Origin: Prolixibacteraceae bacterium | Lineage (GTDB): Bacteria; Bacteroidota; Bacteroidia; Bacteroidales; Prolixibacteraceae | NCBI GenBank assembly: GCA_035353695.1 | Contig: DAOQAB010000005.1 | Span: 6,114 to 70,113 of the forward strand | Length of the DNA stretch: 64,000 nt | Reading direction: 5' to 3' | Shown here: piece after piece, positions 46,601 to 53,709 of the stretch | How positions within the stretch are numbered: position 1 is the first letter of the stretch | Layout: each line of letters opens with the position of its first letter | Translations under genes and position numbers: made by a program | Notes under the pieces: generated by a model | Database searches by the model: none | What the model was told of the DNA's origin: nothing | What the model saw: only the letters and a program-made list of their open reading frames with translations

Positions 46601-46845
46601 GAATAGTTCCCGTCGATATCAGTAACGGTACCAACAGCGGTGCCTTTTACCATAATGGTCAAGCCAGGAAGAGAATTGGATGTTTTTTGGTCGGTGACAA
46701 CCCCTTTAATTAACTTTTTACCTTGCAATGCGTTGTCGTTTGCAAAGCTAACCGTGGGACTAAACAAGCTGAAGCAAAAAGCTATGACAGCTACGATTAG
46801 CACCCCCTTGTAAGCAAGAGAATTTAACAATCGATTTTTTTTCAT
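43621..46845 (-). CDS. SusC/RagA family TonB-dependent transporter
   Basis: The N-domain reads IKGVVTDQKTSNSLPGLTIMVKG and the plug motif is GGNGVILVTTKKG. The C-terminus is ...YVGLNIGF. The ATG at 46845 (MKKNRLLNSL) is preferred over the ORF start at 46965. Confidence 0.9.
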   Translation of the reverse strand: MKKNRLLNSLAYKGVLIVAVIAFCFSLFSPTVSFANDNALQGKKLIKGVVTDQKTSNSLPGLTIMVKGTAVGTVTDIDGNYSIMASDKDVLVFSFVGYTKKEVLVGSQTSINVALSEDVMGLDEVVVTGYGVQKKSDLTGAVSSVSGESLTKMPMANIEQAMQGQAAGVNITSKSGRPGEGVDIKIRGISSINGTQPLVIVDGVSGDLNTLNPNDIASIEVLKDASSAAIYGSTGGNGVILVTTKKGNAGKMKTSFNAYSGIESVAKKIEMMNSQEWMGVNEEIDAKGKVALNSRPDTLKTYDWQSMVFNPAISQNYDISTSGGNDVSNILISASYSQQEGIVKNTDYQRFTFRINSEHKITKHITFDEKISFVNTVNKGMPEWMWHNYYSNPMYNTLRMDPSVPDYDPSSNTTKNWGVSNWSLENPLVDLDMQNRIAKQNNFEGNFGVKINILKGLDFTSRFNGKLNFGDTKEYQAKYFYTATINNTADLLIGSMRRDLSYNFQNILNYQTTIANDHNISAMVGMEANKWWYYDISGTRASIPSTDPWMLYFNTSTDGTSDIQNVQGTGNNSAGLAYFGRLNYDYKGKYLLTVNIRRDGSSSFGPNYRWGNFPSFSLGWKFSEESFMKNIEAISFGKLRFGYGQTGANAKSGFPYLAQVESRSNFQYSFDNSTSEIGTGPYQIPNPDIHWESINMSNLGVDISFFNNRLSFTGDLFRKVNDGMLMLTEVSRTAGTYNGSNPETNVGSIKNSGFEITITARKKEGDLKGSIDLNLTGVKNEVLSLSTDSMLVGRVHVLQPTNITCVGQPIAQFYGYLWDRSQGNGLFRETDPQEKIGARTYITNQPYIESNGKKTFAQPNAKPGDVRYKDVTGDGKISTDDRVNLGSPLPKLIYGFSINLEYKGFDLSAFFNGTLGNKILNGTRQYTYYLQGNGNHCKDFANRYVESDLVKKDANGNDMVVLHQNLDTDIPRNASDNYSMLSEFFIEDGSYLMLKNLVLGYSVPQNIISKIKLEKVRVYVGAKNLFTLTKYTGFSPEVAGIQPQSGSTSVLESGVDLGVYPTTKMFYVGLNIGF

Positions 46846-46878
46846 AAAATTAAGATTTAAAACATTATTGTTAGTTTT

Positions 46879-46886
46879 CAAAATTA
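46879..46886 (-). promoter_or_regulatory. candidate -7 box TAatTTTG for susC
   Basis: The plus strand reads caaaatta. The box lies 33 nt upstream of the ATG at 46845. Confidence 0.35.
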
Positions 46887-46989
46887 TTTGAATCATTTTT
46901 AAATAATGGCAACTTTTCTCTTTCTCATTGGTATGAAAGTTTTCTGAAAGAAGGATAATATACAAAAATTACTTCAAAAATTCTTTGTT

Positions 46990-47136
46990 CATCGGCTTTC
47001 GTTTCTGAGAAAGCTCTTAAGCTTATTAAAAGCCTCGTTGAAACATCTTTTTTGATGCGAACATTAAATTTATTCAAAACTAGAATAATTAAAAAAAAAG
47101 GAATTTCATTTATAGAGCATAGGCTTTCATTTCTGA
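46990..47136. repeat. 19-nt direct repeat CAT[C/A]GGCTTTC[G/A]TTTCTGA, two copies 128 bp apart
   Basis: The copies are at 46990-47008 and 47118-47136 (17 of 19 identical). They lie in the HTCS-susC intergenic region. The first copy overlaps a GCTTTC/GAAAGC hairpin. Confidence 0.6.
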
Positions 47137-47166
47137 AGCATTCGTCTCAATTTTGAACGAGGTTGT

Positions 47167-50100
47167 TTAATTTGACTGACTTTTTATTTCCGAAGGTGAT
47201 TTCCCATAATATTCTTTGAAGCTGCGGGTAAAGTAGGATTGGGAGCTGAACCCTACGCTGTATGCAATTTCACTGATGTTCATATTTCCTTCGGAGAGAA
47301 GTTTCAACGATTTTTTTAATCGGATTTGCCGGATAAATTCATTCGCGGTAAAGTCGGTTAGCGCTTTTATTTTCCGGTAAACCTGGCTGCGGCTAAGGTT
47401 CATGTTTTGGGCCAGCATGTCGACCGATAAGTCGGTGTGCTCAATATTGGCTTCGATGTAGTTGATTACCTTCTGAAGGAATTCTTCATCCATCTTGTTG
47501 GTCGACAACTCGCTGGGTATGATGATGTTGTTTTGTGAAAACGCTTTGAACATGTTACTCCTTTTTTCAAGGATGTTTTTGGTCAACACTTTTAAATATT
47601 TCATGTTGAACGGTTTTTGTACGTAAGCATCAGCACCGGTTTCCAACCCATCGATCTGGTTTTCTATTTCAACTTTGGCGGTGAGGAGGATTACCGGGAT
47701 ATGTGATGTTTCGATATTCCCTTTCACTTTGCGGCAAAGTTCCAACCCATCCATTTCGGGCATTACGATGTCCGAAATGATCATGTCAGGTAGGTTTTTG
47801 GTAATGATGCGGAGCGCTTCTTTTCCGTTGCCTGCTGAGTATGTTTTATAGTATTTGGAGAACTCTTCGACCAGGTAGGAGCAAATCTGTGGCTCATCTT
47901 CTACAATCATGATGGAATATTTGATGTTCTTCCGTTGGAAATCGTCGTCGGGTGCCGGTGCTTGTACCGGTGTGAACGGCATTGGCGCCAGCGGCATTGG
48001 CCTGGTATCTTCAATATACACTTTCTCCAGTCCATTATAAGCTTCCACTCTCGACGGGATGACTAACCGGAAACAACTTCCTTCGCCTTTTTTACTTTCC
48101 ACCTCGAGTTTTCCCTGATGAATTTCGGAGAGTTCTTTGCAAAGGGCCAGCCCGATACCTGTTCCTCCCTGATTGATTGCAGCTTTCCCCTGGTAGAAAC
48201 GCTCAAAAATCATGGGGATTTGGCCTTCATCCAAACCGGGGCCATGATCGATTACTTCGACCGACAGATTGCCTGCGGTTTTGTTCTCAATGATACGGAT
48301 GAAAATGAGTGAATTATTGGGCGAGAACTTTACGGCATTCGACAAGAGGTTGTGGGTGATTTTTTCAATTTTATCGATGTCGACGTAAAAAAGATCTTCC
48401 GTATCGAGTGGTTCAAATACCAGTTCAATGTTCTTTTCTTCGGCTCTTAAGCGATGTAGTTCAATAATCTGTGATATCAACTGGTTGAACTTCACTTTCG
48501 AAAGGTTCAGGTCCATTTTGCTGTTGTCGAGTTTTCGGAAATCGAGCAACTGGTTTACCAGTTTCAACAGGAATTTAGAATTATCGCTGGCATAACGCAC
48601 TTTCCTGCGGGCACCTTCGCTCAGTTCGGGAAACTGAATTACTTCTTCCAATGGGTTAATGATCAGCGAGAGGGGGGTTCTGATTTCGTGCGAAATATTC
48701 GTGAAAAACTGTAGTTTTCGGTCTTTTAACTCCTGAAGGTTTTGGTTTTGAATTCGTTCGTTGCGAAGTTGTTCTTTCTCGATGGCTCTTTTCTTATAAA
48801 ACTTCATGACCATATAGAATAAGGCCGAAAGTAATATGATATATCCGGTTAATGCCCACCAGGTTGCCCAAAGGGGGGCTTTAACACGGATGGTCAGGGT
48901 GGTGGGTTGCTGGTTCCAGATTCCGTCGTTGTTCGATGCTTTTACCTTGAATACATATTTCCCCGGGAAAAGGTTGGTATAGGTTGCCGTATTGTTATGC
49001 CCCGAATAATTCCAGTCAGGTTCAAACCCTTCGAGGTAATAGGCGTATTGGTTCTGCCCGGGCTCGGTATAATTCAGGGCCACAAAATCGATCGATATGA
49101 CCGATTGTTTGTGTTTGAGGACAATGCTTTCGGTGGAAGAGATGTGTTTTTTTAATGGTGAGTTTTTCTTCCCTACCTGAACCGACTGGTTGAACAACCG
49201 GAAATCGGAGAAATAAACGGATGGAATATTCTGATTTTCTTTGATCCTGCGGGGATTGAAGCAGATAAACCCATTACTTCCCCCAAAATAGAGGTTTCCC
49301 GAAGGGTCGATGGTCGTTGAGCTAAACAAAAATTCTCCCATGTCCCTAACGGTTTTACTTCGGAAGGTCTTTATTTTGTATGTGTTGGGATTCATACAGG
49401 CGATACCCAGATTGGTGCTGATCCAGATGTTATGTTCGTGGTCTTCGATCAGCCCCCGTATGGAGTTTTCGGGTAGTCCGTCTTTTTCAGAAAACTGGAG
49501 GAATGTCTCGGTTTTCATGTCAAAAAGGTTTAAACCACCACCAATAGTGCCAACCCATATTTTTTTGTTGATGTCTTCGAACAGGCTTACAACAAGGTTG
49601 TTGCCTAGTGATAGTGAGTCGTTGGGGTTGTATCGGTAACGGGTAATCGATGGCGAGGAGTAAGGAGTTTTAATCCGATAAAGTCCATCCATTGTTCCCA
49701 TTAGCAAATCGCCCGAAGAAGCCTCTATGATGCAATGGATGTTTTCGGTGTCAAATACCGAGTTGCCGGCATCGCGACCGCTGAAATGGATTATTTTATC
49801 TTCGGATGGAGAATAGTAATTGAGTCCGAATCCAAAAGTTCCGATCCAGATCGTACCTTTCCGGTCTTTGCAAAAGGCAGTTACGTGTTCAACTTCAAAC
49901 TCTTCGTGAGCACTGAAAAATCGGTTGTAATGCTTGAAAGTTCCTCTCCCGGTGTCGAAAAGATTTAATCCGGCATCCCAGGTTCCCAGCCAAATTTGTG
50001 ACCGGTCGGGCAGTAAGCACATAATGGTGTTGGAACTGATGCTGTTCGCTGCTGGGTTCTTGGTGTAGTGGGCCGCTTTTTTGGTATTGATGTCGGCAAG

Positions 50101-51273
50101 GGTTAATCCTCCTCCATCGGTGCCGATGATTAATTGGTGATCTTTGTAGCTGATGCACTTAATGATGTTGCAATTCAGGAAATTCGATTGGGTTGGGTTC
50201 TGGAAATAGTGTTCAAACTCAATTTTATTAGGGTCGTAGAAGCACACGCCCTGATTGTATGTGCCAATCCAAACGATCCCGTCTTTTGATTGGAAAATCG
50301 TGTAGATTGAATTTCCTGCGATTGATTTTGAGTCAAAAGGGTCGTTCATGTAATGAGAGACCTTTTGGGTTGAGGTGTTTAGGATATATAAACCTCCATT
50401 CTCGGTGCCAATCCATAGGTTGCCGTTTCGGTCACAAAGTAAAGAGAGTATCGAAAAACCTGGATTGTAAGAATAAAAATCTTCATAAAAATTGACTCTT
50501 TCAAATCGGATAAGTCCATTTTCTTCGCGCACCTTTTGTAAACCCATATTGGTGGTTGCAACCCAGATGGTTCCGTTGTGGTCTTCGGCGATAGCTGTAA
50601 TATAGTTACTTGTGATCGATTGATTGTCGTTTGGGTTGGAAAAGTAGTTTGAAACGTGAGCCCCGTTTTTTTCAATAAGGCTTAATCCATTGCGGGTGCC
50701 AGCCCATAGCCTGCCTTTGGAGTCATATTTGACCACATTGATTAAATCGCTGCAAAGACCACCATTATTTTTGTCGTTCCGGAACGAAGTGGCTTTCCCC
50801 TGCCGGGTGTCGAACAGATAGAGTCCATTTGAAAGGGTCCCGACCCAAACTTCACCGGATTTTCCGTTGACAATCGAAAGCACATCCCCGAAAACCGGTT
50901 TGGAATCAATCGGGTAGAAGTGGTTGACATCTCCAAATTTGAATTGTTGGGGGTCGAAAAGCGACAATCCATCGTAGGTGCCAATCCAGAGGTTGTTATC
51001 GTTGCCAATATTAATGGAGTTTACCAGATTGTTGATCAGTGAGGTCGAGTCGAAATTTTGATGATGGAATGCAACAATATTCACTCCGTCGTATCGGTTC
51101 AGCCCATTACGGGTGCCAAACCACATAAAACCTTGTTGATCCTGATTGATGGTAATCACATTTGAATGGGAAACCGGAACATCCAACCGTTCAAATGTAT
51201 ATTCGCCAAAAGCGTTCGAAACAGCAACCAGCAATAAAATAAGGATTGTTATAACGGATATATGTCTATTCAT
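47167..51273 (-). CDS. hybrid two-component system sensor kinase / response regulator with AraC domain
   Basis: It has propeller repeats, a Y_Y_Y domain and a TM segment. The H-box is FFTNISHEIRTPLSLI, the ATPase motif is GTGIGLALCKEL, the receiver is IVEDEPQI...ISDIVMPEMDG...LTAK, and it ends in an AraC HTH tail. Confidence 0.9.
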   Translation of the reverse strand: MNRHISVITILILLLVAVSNAFGEYTFERLDVPVSHSNVITINQDQQGFMWFGTRNGLNRYDGVNIVAFHHQNFDSTSLINNLVNSINIGNDNNLWIGTYDGLSLFDPQQFKFGDVNHFYPIDSKPVFGDVLSIVNGKSGEVWVGTLSNGLYLFDTRQGKATSFRNDKNNGGLCSDLINVVKYDSKGRLWAGTRNGLSLIEKNGAHVSNYFSNPNDNQSITSNYITAIAEDHNGTIWVATTNMGLQKVREENGLIRFERVNFYEDFYSYNPGFSILSLLCDRNGNLWIGTENGGLYILNTSTQKVSHYMNDPFDSKSIAGNSIYTIFQSKDGIVWIGTYNQGVCFYDPNKIEFEHYFQNPTQSNFLNCNIIKCISYKDHQLIIGTDGGGLTLADINTKKAAHYTKNPAANSISSNTIMCLLPDRSQIWLGTWDAGLNLFDTGRGTFKHYNRFFSAHEEFEVEHVTAFCKDRKGTIWIGTFGFGLNYYSPSEDKIIHFSGRDAGNSVFDTENIHCIIEASSGDLLMGTMDGLYRIKTPYSSPSITRYRYNPNDSLSLGNNLVVSLFEDINKKIWVGTIGGGLNLFDMKTETFLQFSEKDGLPENSIRGLIEDHEHNIWISTNLGIACMNPNTYKIKTFRSKTVRDMGEFLFSSTTIDPSGNLYFGGSNGFICFNPRRIKENQNIPSVYFSDFRLFNQSVQVGKKNSPLKKHISSTESIVLKHKQSVISIDFVALNYTEPGQNQYAYYLEGFEPDWNYSGHNNTATYTNLFPGKYVFKVKASNNDGIWNQQPTTLTIRVKAPLWATWWALTGYIILLSALFYMVMKFYKKRAIEKEQLRNERIQNQNLQELKDRKLQFFTNISHEIRTPLSLIINPLEEVIQFPELSEGARRKVRYASDNSKFLLKLVNQLLDFRKLDNSKMDLNLSKVKFNQLISQIIELHRLRAEEKNIELVFEPLDTEDLFYVDIDKIEKITHNLLSNAVKFSPNNSLIFIRIIENKTAGNLSVEVIDHGPGLDEGQIPMIFERFYQGKAAINQGGTGIGLALCKELSEIHQGKLEVESKKGEGSCFRLVIPSRVEAYNGLEKVYIEDTRPMPLAPMPFTPVQAPAPDDDFQRKNIKYSIMIVEDEPQICSYLVEEFSKYYKTYSAGNGKEALRIITKNLPDMIISDIVMPEMDGLELCRKVKGNIETSHIPVILLTAKVEIENQIDGLETGADAYVQKPFNMKYLKVLTKNILEKRSNMFKAFSQNNIIIPSELSTNKMDEEFLQKVINYIEANIEHTDLSVDMLAQNMNLSRSQVYRKIKALTDFTANEFIRQIRLKKSLKLLSEGNMNISEIAYSVGFSSQSYFTRSFKEYYGKSPSEIKSQSN

Positions 51274-51298
51274 GGAAAAACCCCGAAACTATTTTCTA

Positions 51299-51306
51299 CA
51301 AACTTA
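51299..51306 (-). promoter_or_regulatory. candidate -7 box TAagTTTG for the HTCS gene
   Basis: The plus strand reads caaactta. The box lies 25 nt upstream of the ATG at 51273. Confidence 0.35.
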
Positions 51307-51567
51307 TCAATTCTGAATGGATTTTCATTTAATTTTTGAGGGGGTTTATAACACGAAAGTGAGCAATTTTTCATCCTCATCACGATCGATTCCATTTATG
51401 TGGGAGGTGTCTGATCTTATTATTTTTAGTACAAATTTTCCTTTTTTTTCCGGTGATGGGAATATTTTTCTTTTACCGGGCTGAAACGTTTTTAAATGTG
51501 TTAAGTTGCAGTTAAACAAGAATGAAGCCTGTTGATAAAAGGTTTCGGAACAAAAATCCCTTTTTGG

Positions 51568-51575
51568 TATATTTG
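51568..51575 (+). promoter_or_regulatory. candidate -7 box TAtaTTTG for parE
   Basis: An exact match lies 19 nt upstream of the ATG at 51595. Confidence 0.35.
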
Positions 51576-51594
51576 TGGAAATTTGAAAAAAAAG

Positions 51595-53436
51595 ATGCAG
51601 GAACTAACAAACTACGACGAAGATTCCATTAAAACGCTCGATTGGCAAGAGCATATTCGCCGCAGACCCGGAATGTATATCGGAAAGCTCGGAGATGGTT
51701 CTCAGGCCGACGATGGCATTTATGTGTTACTGAAAGAGGTGATCGACAATTCCATCGACGAATTTATGATGGGGAATGGCCGAAAAATTGAAGTAAACGT
51801 TTCGGATGCGCAAGTTTTTATCCGGGATTACGGGCGGGGGATTCCGTTGGGCAAACTGGCCGATGCTGCTTCAAAAATGAATACTGGTGCCAAATACGAT
51901 TCAAAAGTTTTTAAGAAATCGGTTGGTCTGAATGGTGTTGGTATCAAGGCGGTGAATGCGCTTTCTTCGAATTTTGTTATCAAATCGTTCCGCGAGGGCG
52001 AGGTGAAGGAGATTGAATTCAGCAAGGGGCTACTTGTCAGGGAAGAGAAAGTAAAGCCATCGGCCGAGGCCAATGGAACTTCGGTTGTTTTCAAACCCGA
52101 CGAAACCATCTTCCGGAATTACCATTACATCAAAGACTATGTGTCGGCGATGATGAAGAACTACTCTTTCCTGAATTCGGGGTTGGTTATTGAATTCAAC
52201 GGTGAAAAATACCATTCAAAAAACGGGTTGCTCGATCTTCTCAACGAAAACATGGACACGGAACCGATTTATCCGGTCATTCACCTGAGAGGGGAAGATA
52301 TTGAAGTGGCAATGACCCACGGAAACCAATATGGCGAAGATTATTATTCGTTTGTAAATGGCCAGCATACTTCGCAGGGCGGTACACACCTTATGGCATT
52401 TCGGGAGGCCATTGTAAAGACCCTTCGCGATTTTTACAAGAAAGAGTTTGATGCTTCCGACATTCGGGCATCGGTGATTGCGGCCGTCAGCATTAAGGTG
52501 GAAGAGCCGGTTTTCGAATCGCAAACCAAAACCAAACTGGGATCGAAGGATATTGGCCCCGATGGCCCGTCGGTTCGAAACTTTGTTGCCAATTTCGTTC
52601 AGAAGGAACTCGATAATTACCTGCACAAGAACCCCGAAACTGCCGACCAATTGTTGAAACGGATCCAGGAGTCGGAACGTGAAAGGAAAGCAATTTCGGG
52701 GATTAAGCAATTGGCCAAACAGCGGGCAAAAAAATCGAATCTCCATAACCGGAAGTTGCGCGACTGCCGGGTTCATTACAATACGAACGATGAACGAAAG
52801 GATGAAAGCAGCCTGTTTATCACCGAGGGCGATTCGGCAAGTGGTTCAATCACCAAAAGCCGCGATGTCAATACCCAGGCCGTTTTTAGCTTGAGGGGAA
52901 AACCATTGAACAGTTTCGGCCTGACGAAAAAGGTTGTATACGAAAACGAAGAGTTCAATTTGTTACAGGCAGCGCTCGATATTGAAGAGGGTCTCGACGA
53001 TCTCCGTTACAATAAAGTCATTGTTGCGACCGATGCCGATGTCGACGGAATGCATATCCGCCTATTGTTGCTTACGTTTTTCCTTCAGTTTTTTCCCGAT
53101 CTGGTGCGCAAAGGGCATGTTTATATCATGCAAACGCCGCTCTTCAGAGTGCGGAACAAGAAGACGACGCTGTATTGTTATACCGATGATGAACGTCTCG
53201 ATGCCATCAAAAAGTTGGGAAGCAGTGCTGAGATCACCCGGTTCAAAGGTCTCGGGGAAATTTCGCCCGACGAATTCAAAGGGTTTATCGGTGAAGATAT
53301 TCGCCTCGATCCTGTGGCTATTCACAAAGGGGATTCCATCAAACAAATTCTGGAATATTACATGGGCAAAAATACACCCGAGCGGCAGGATTTCATTATT
53401 GAAAACTTGCGGGTAGAGGTAGAAGAAGAACTTTAA
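51595..53436 (+). CDS. parE: DNA topoisomerase IV subunit B
   Basis: Motifs are [17 protein letters not shown], Toprim ITEGDSASG and [11 protein letters not shown]. It is paired with a GyrA-box-less A subunit downstream. The track start at 51532 is a TTG; the ATG at 51595 is preferred. Confidence 0.85.
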   Translation: MQELTNYDEDSIKTLDWQEHIRRRPGMYIGKLGDGSQADDGIYVLLKEVIDNSIDEFMMGNGRKIEVNVSDAQVFIRDYGRGIPLGKLADAASKMNTGAKYDSKVFKKSVGLNGVGIKAVNALSSNFVIKSFREGEVKEIEFSKGLLVREEKVKPSAEANGTSVVFKPDETIFRNYHYIKDYVSAMMKNYSFLNSGLVIEFNGEKYHSKNGLLDLLNENMDTEPIYPVIHLRGEDIEVAMTHGNQYGEDYYSFVNGQHTSQGGTHLMAFREAIVKTLRDFYKKEFDASDIRASVIAAVSIKVEEPVFESQTKTKLGSKDIGPDGPSVRNFVANFVQKELDNYLHKNPETADQLLKRIQESERERKAISGIKQLAKQRAKKSNLHNRKLRDCRVHYNTNDERKDESSLFITEGDSASGSITKSRDVNTQAVFSLRGKPLNSFGLTKKVVYENEEFNLLQAALDIEEGLDDLRYNKVIVATDADVDGMHIRLLLLTFFLQFFPDLVRKGHVYIMQTPLFRVRNKKTTLYCYTDDERLDAIKKLGSSAEITRFKGLGEISPDEFKGFIGEDIRLDPVAIHKGDSIKQILEYYMGKNTPERQDFIIENLRVEVEEEL

Positions 53437-53441
53437 GTTAA

Positions 53442-53497
53442 ATTACTGAATTACTGAAAGATTGAATTACTGAAATAGTTAAGTAAGTATTTCAGTG
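53442..53497. repeat. left arm of element E1: octamer tandem array ATTACTGA (3 exact and 4 degenerate units)
   Basis: ATTACTGA occurs at 53442, 53450 and 53466, with degenerate units in the same 8-nt register. The arm contains a perfect local hairpin, ACTGAAATA (53469-53477) with TATTTCAGT (53488-53496). Confidence 0.75.
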
Positions 53498-53638
53498 GAA
53501 GAGGCAGATGAAACAGAGATGTGGCTTGATCTTTTGATTGGGTCGAATATTAGTAATAAATCTGAAACAAATAAGTTGCATGCCGAAAGTATGGAAATAT
53601 TGAAAATTATGGCAAAAATTAGGAAGAATTCCCAATAG
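53495..53638 (+). pseudogene. C-terminal remnant of a four-helix-bundle protein gene (23S rRNA intervening-sequence protein family)
   Basis: The frame reads VEEADETEMWLDLLIGSNISNKSETNKLHAESMEILKIMAKIRKNSQ*. This matches the family's last helix pair (..EA.ET.yWL.LL........l..e..EI.KIl..i...). There is an in-frame stop 12 nt upstream and no N-terminal two thirds. Confidence 0.6.
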
Positions 53639-53669
53639 TTTTTTCTTAATGGTATGTTCGTACTTATTT

Positions 53670-53701
53670 TCAGTATTTCAGTTTATTCGGTCATTCAATA
53701 C
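53670..53701. repeat. right arm of element E1: inverted degenerate octamers (TCAGTATT TCAGTTTA TTCGGTCA TTCAATAC)
   Basis: The units are reverse-complement-like copies of ATTACTGA in an 8-nt register. TATTTCAGT at 53674-53682 repeats 53488-53496. Confidence 0.65.
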
Positions 53702-53709
53702 ATCAAAAT

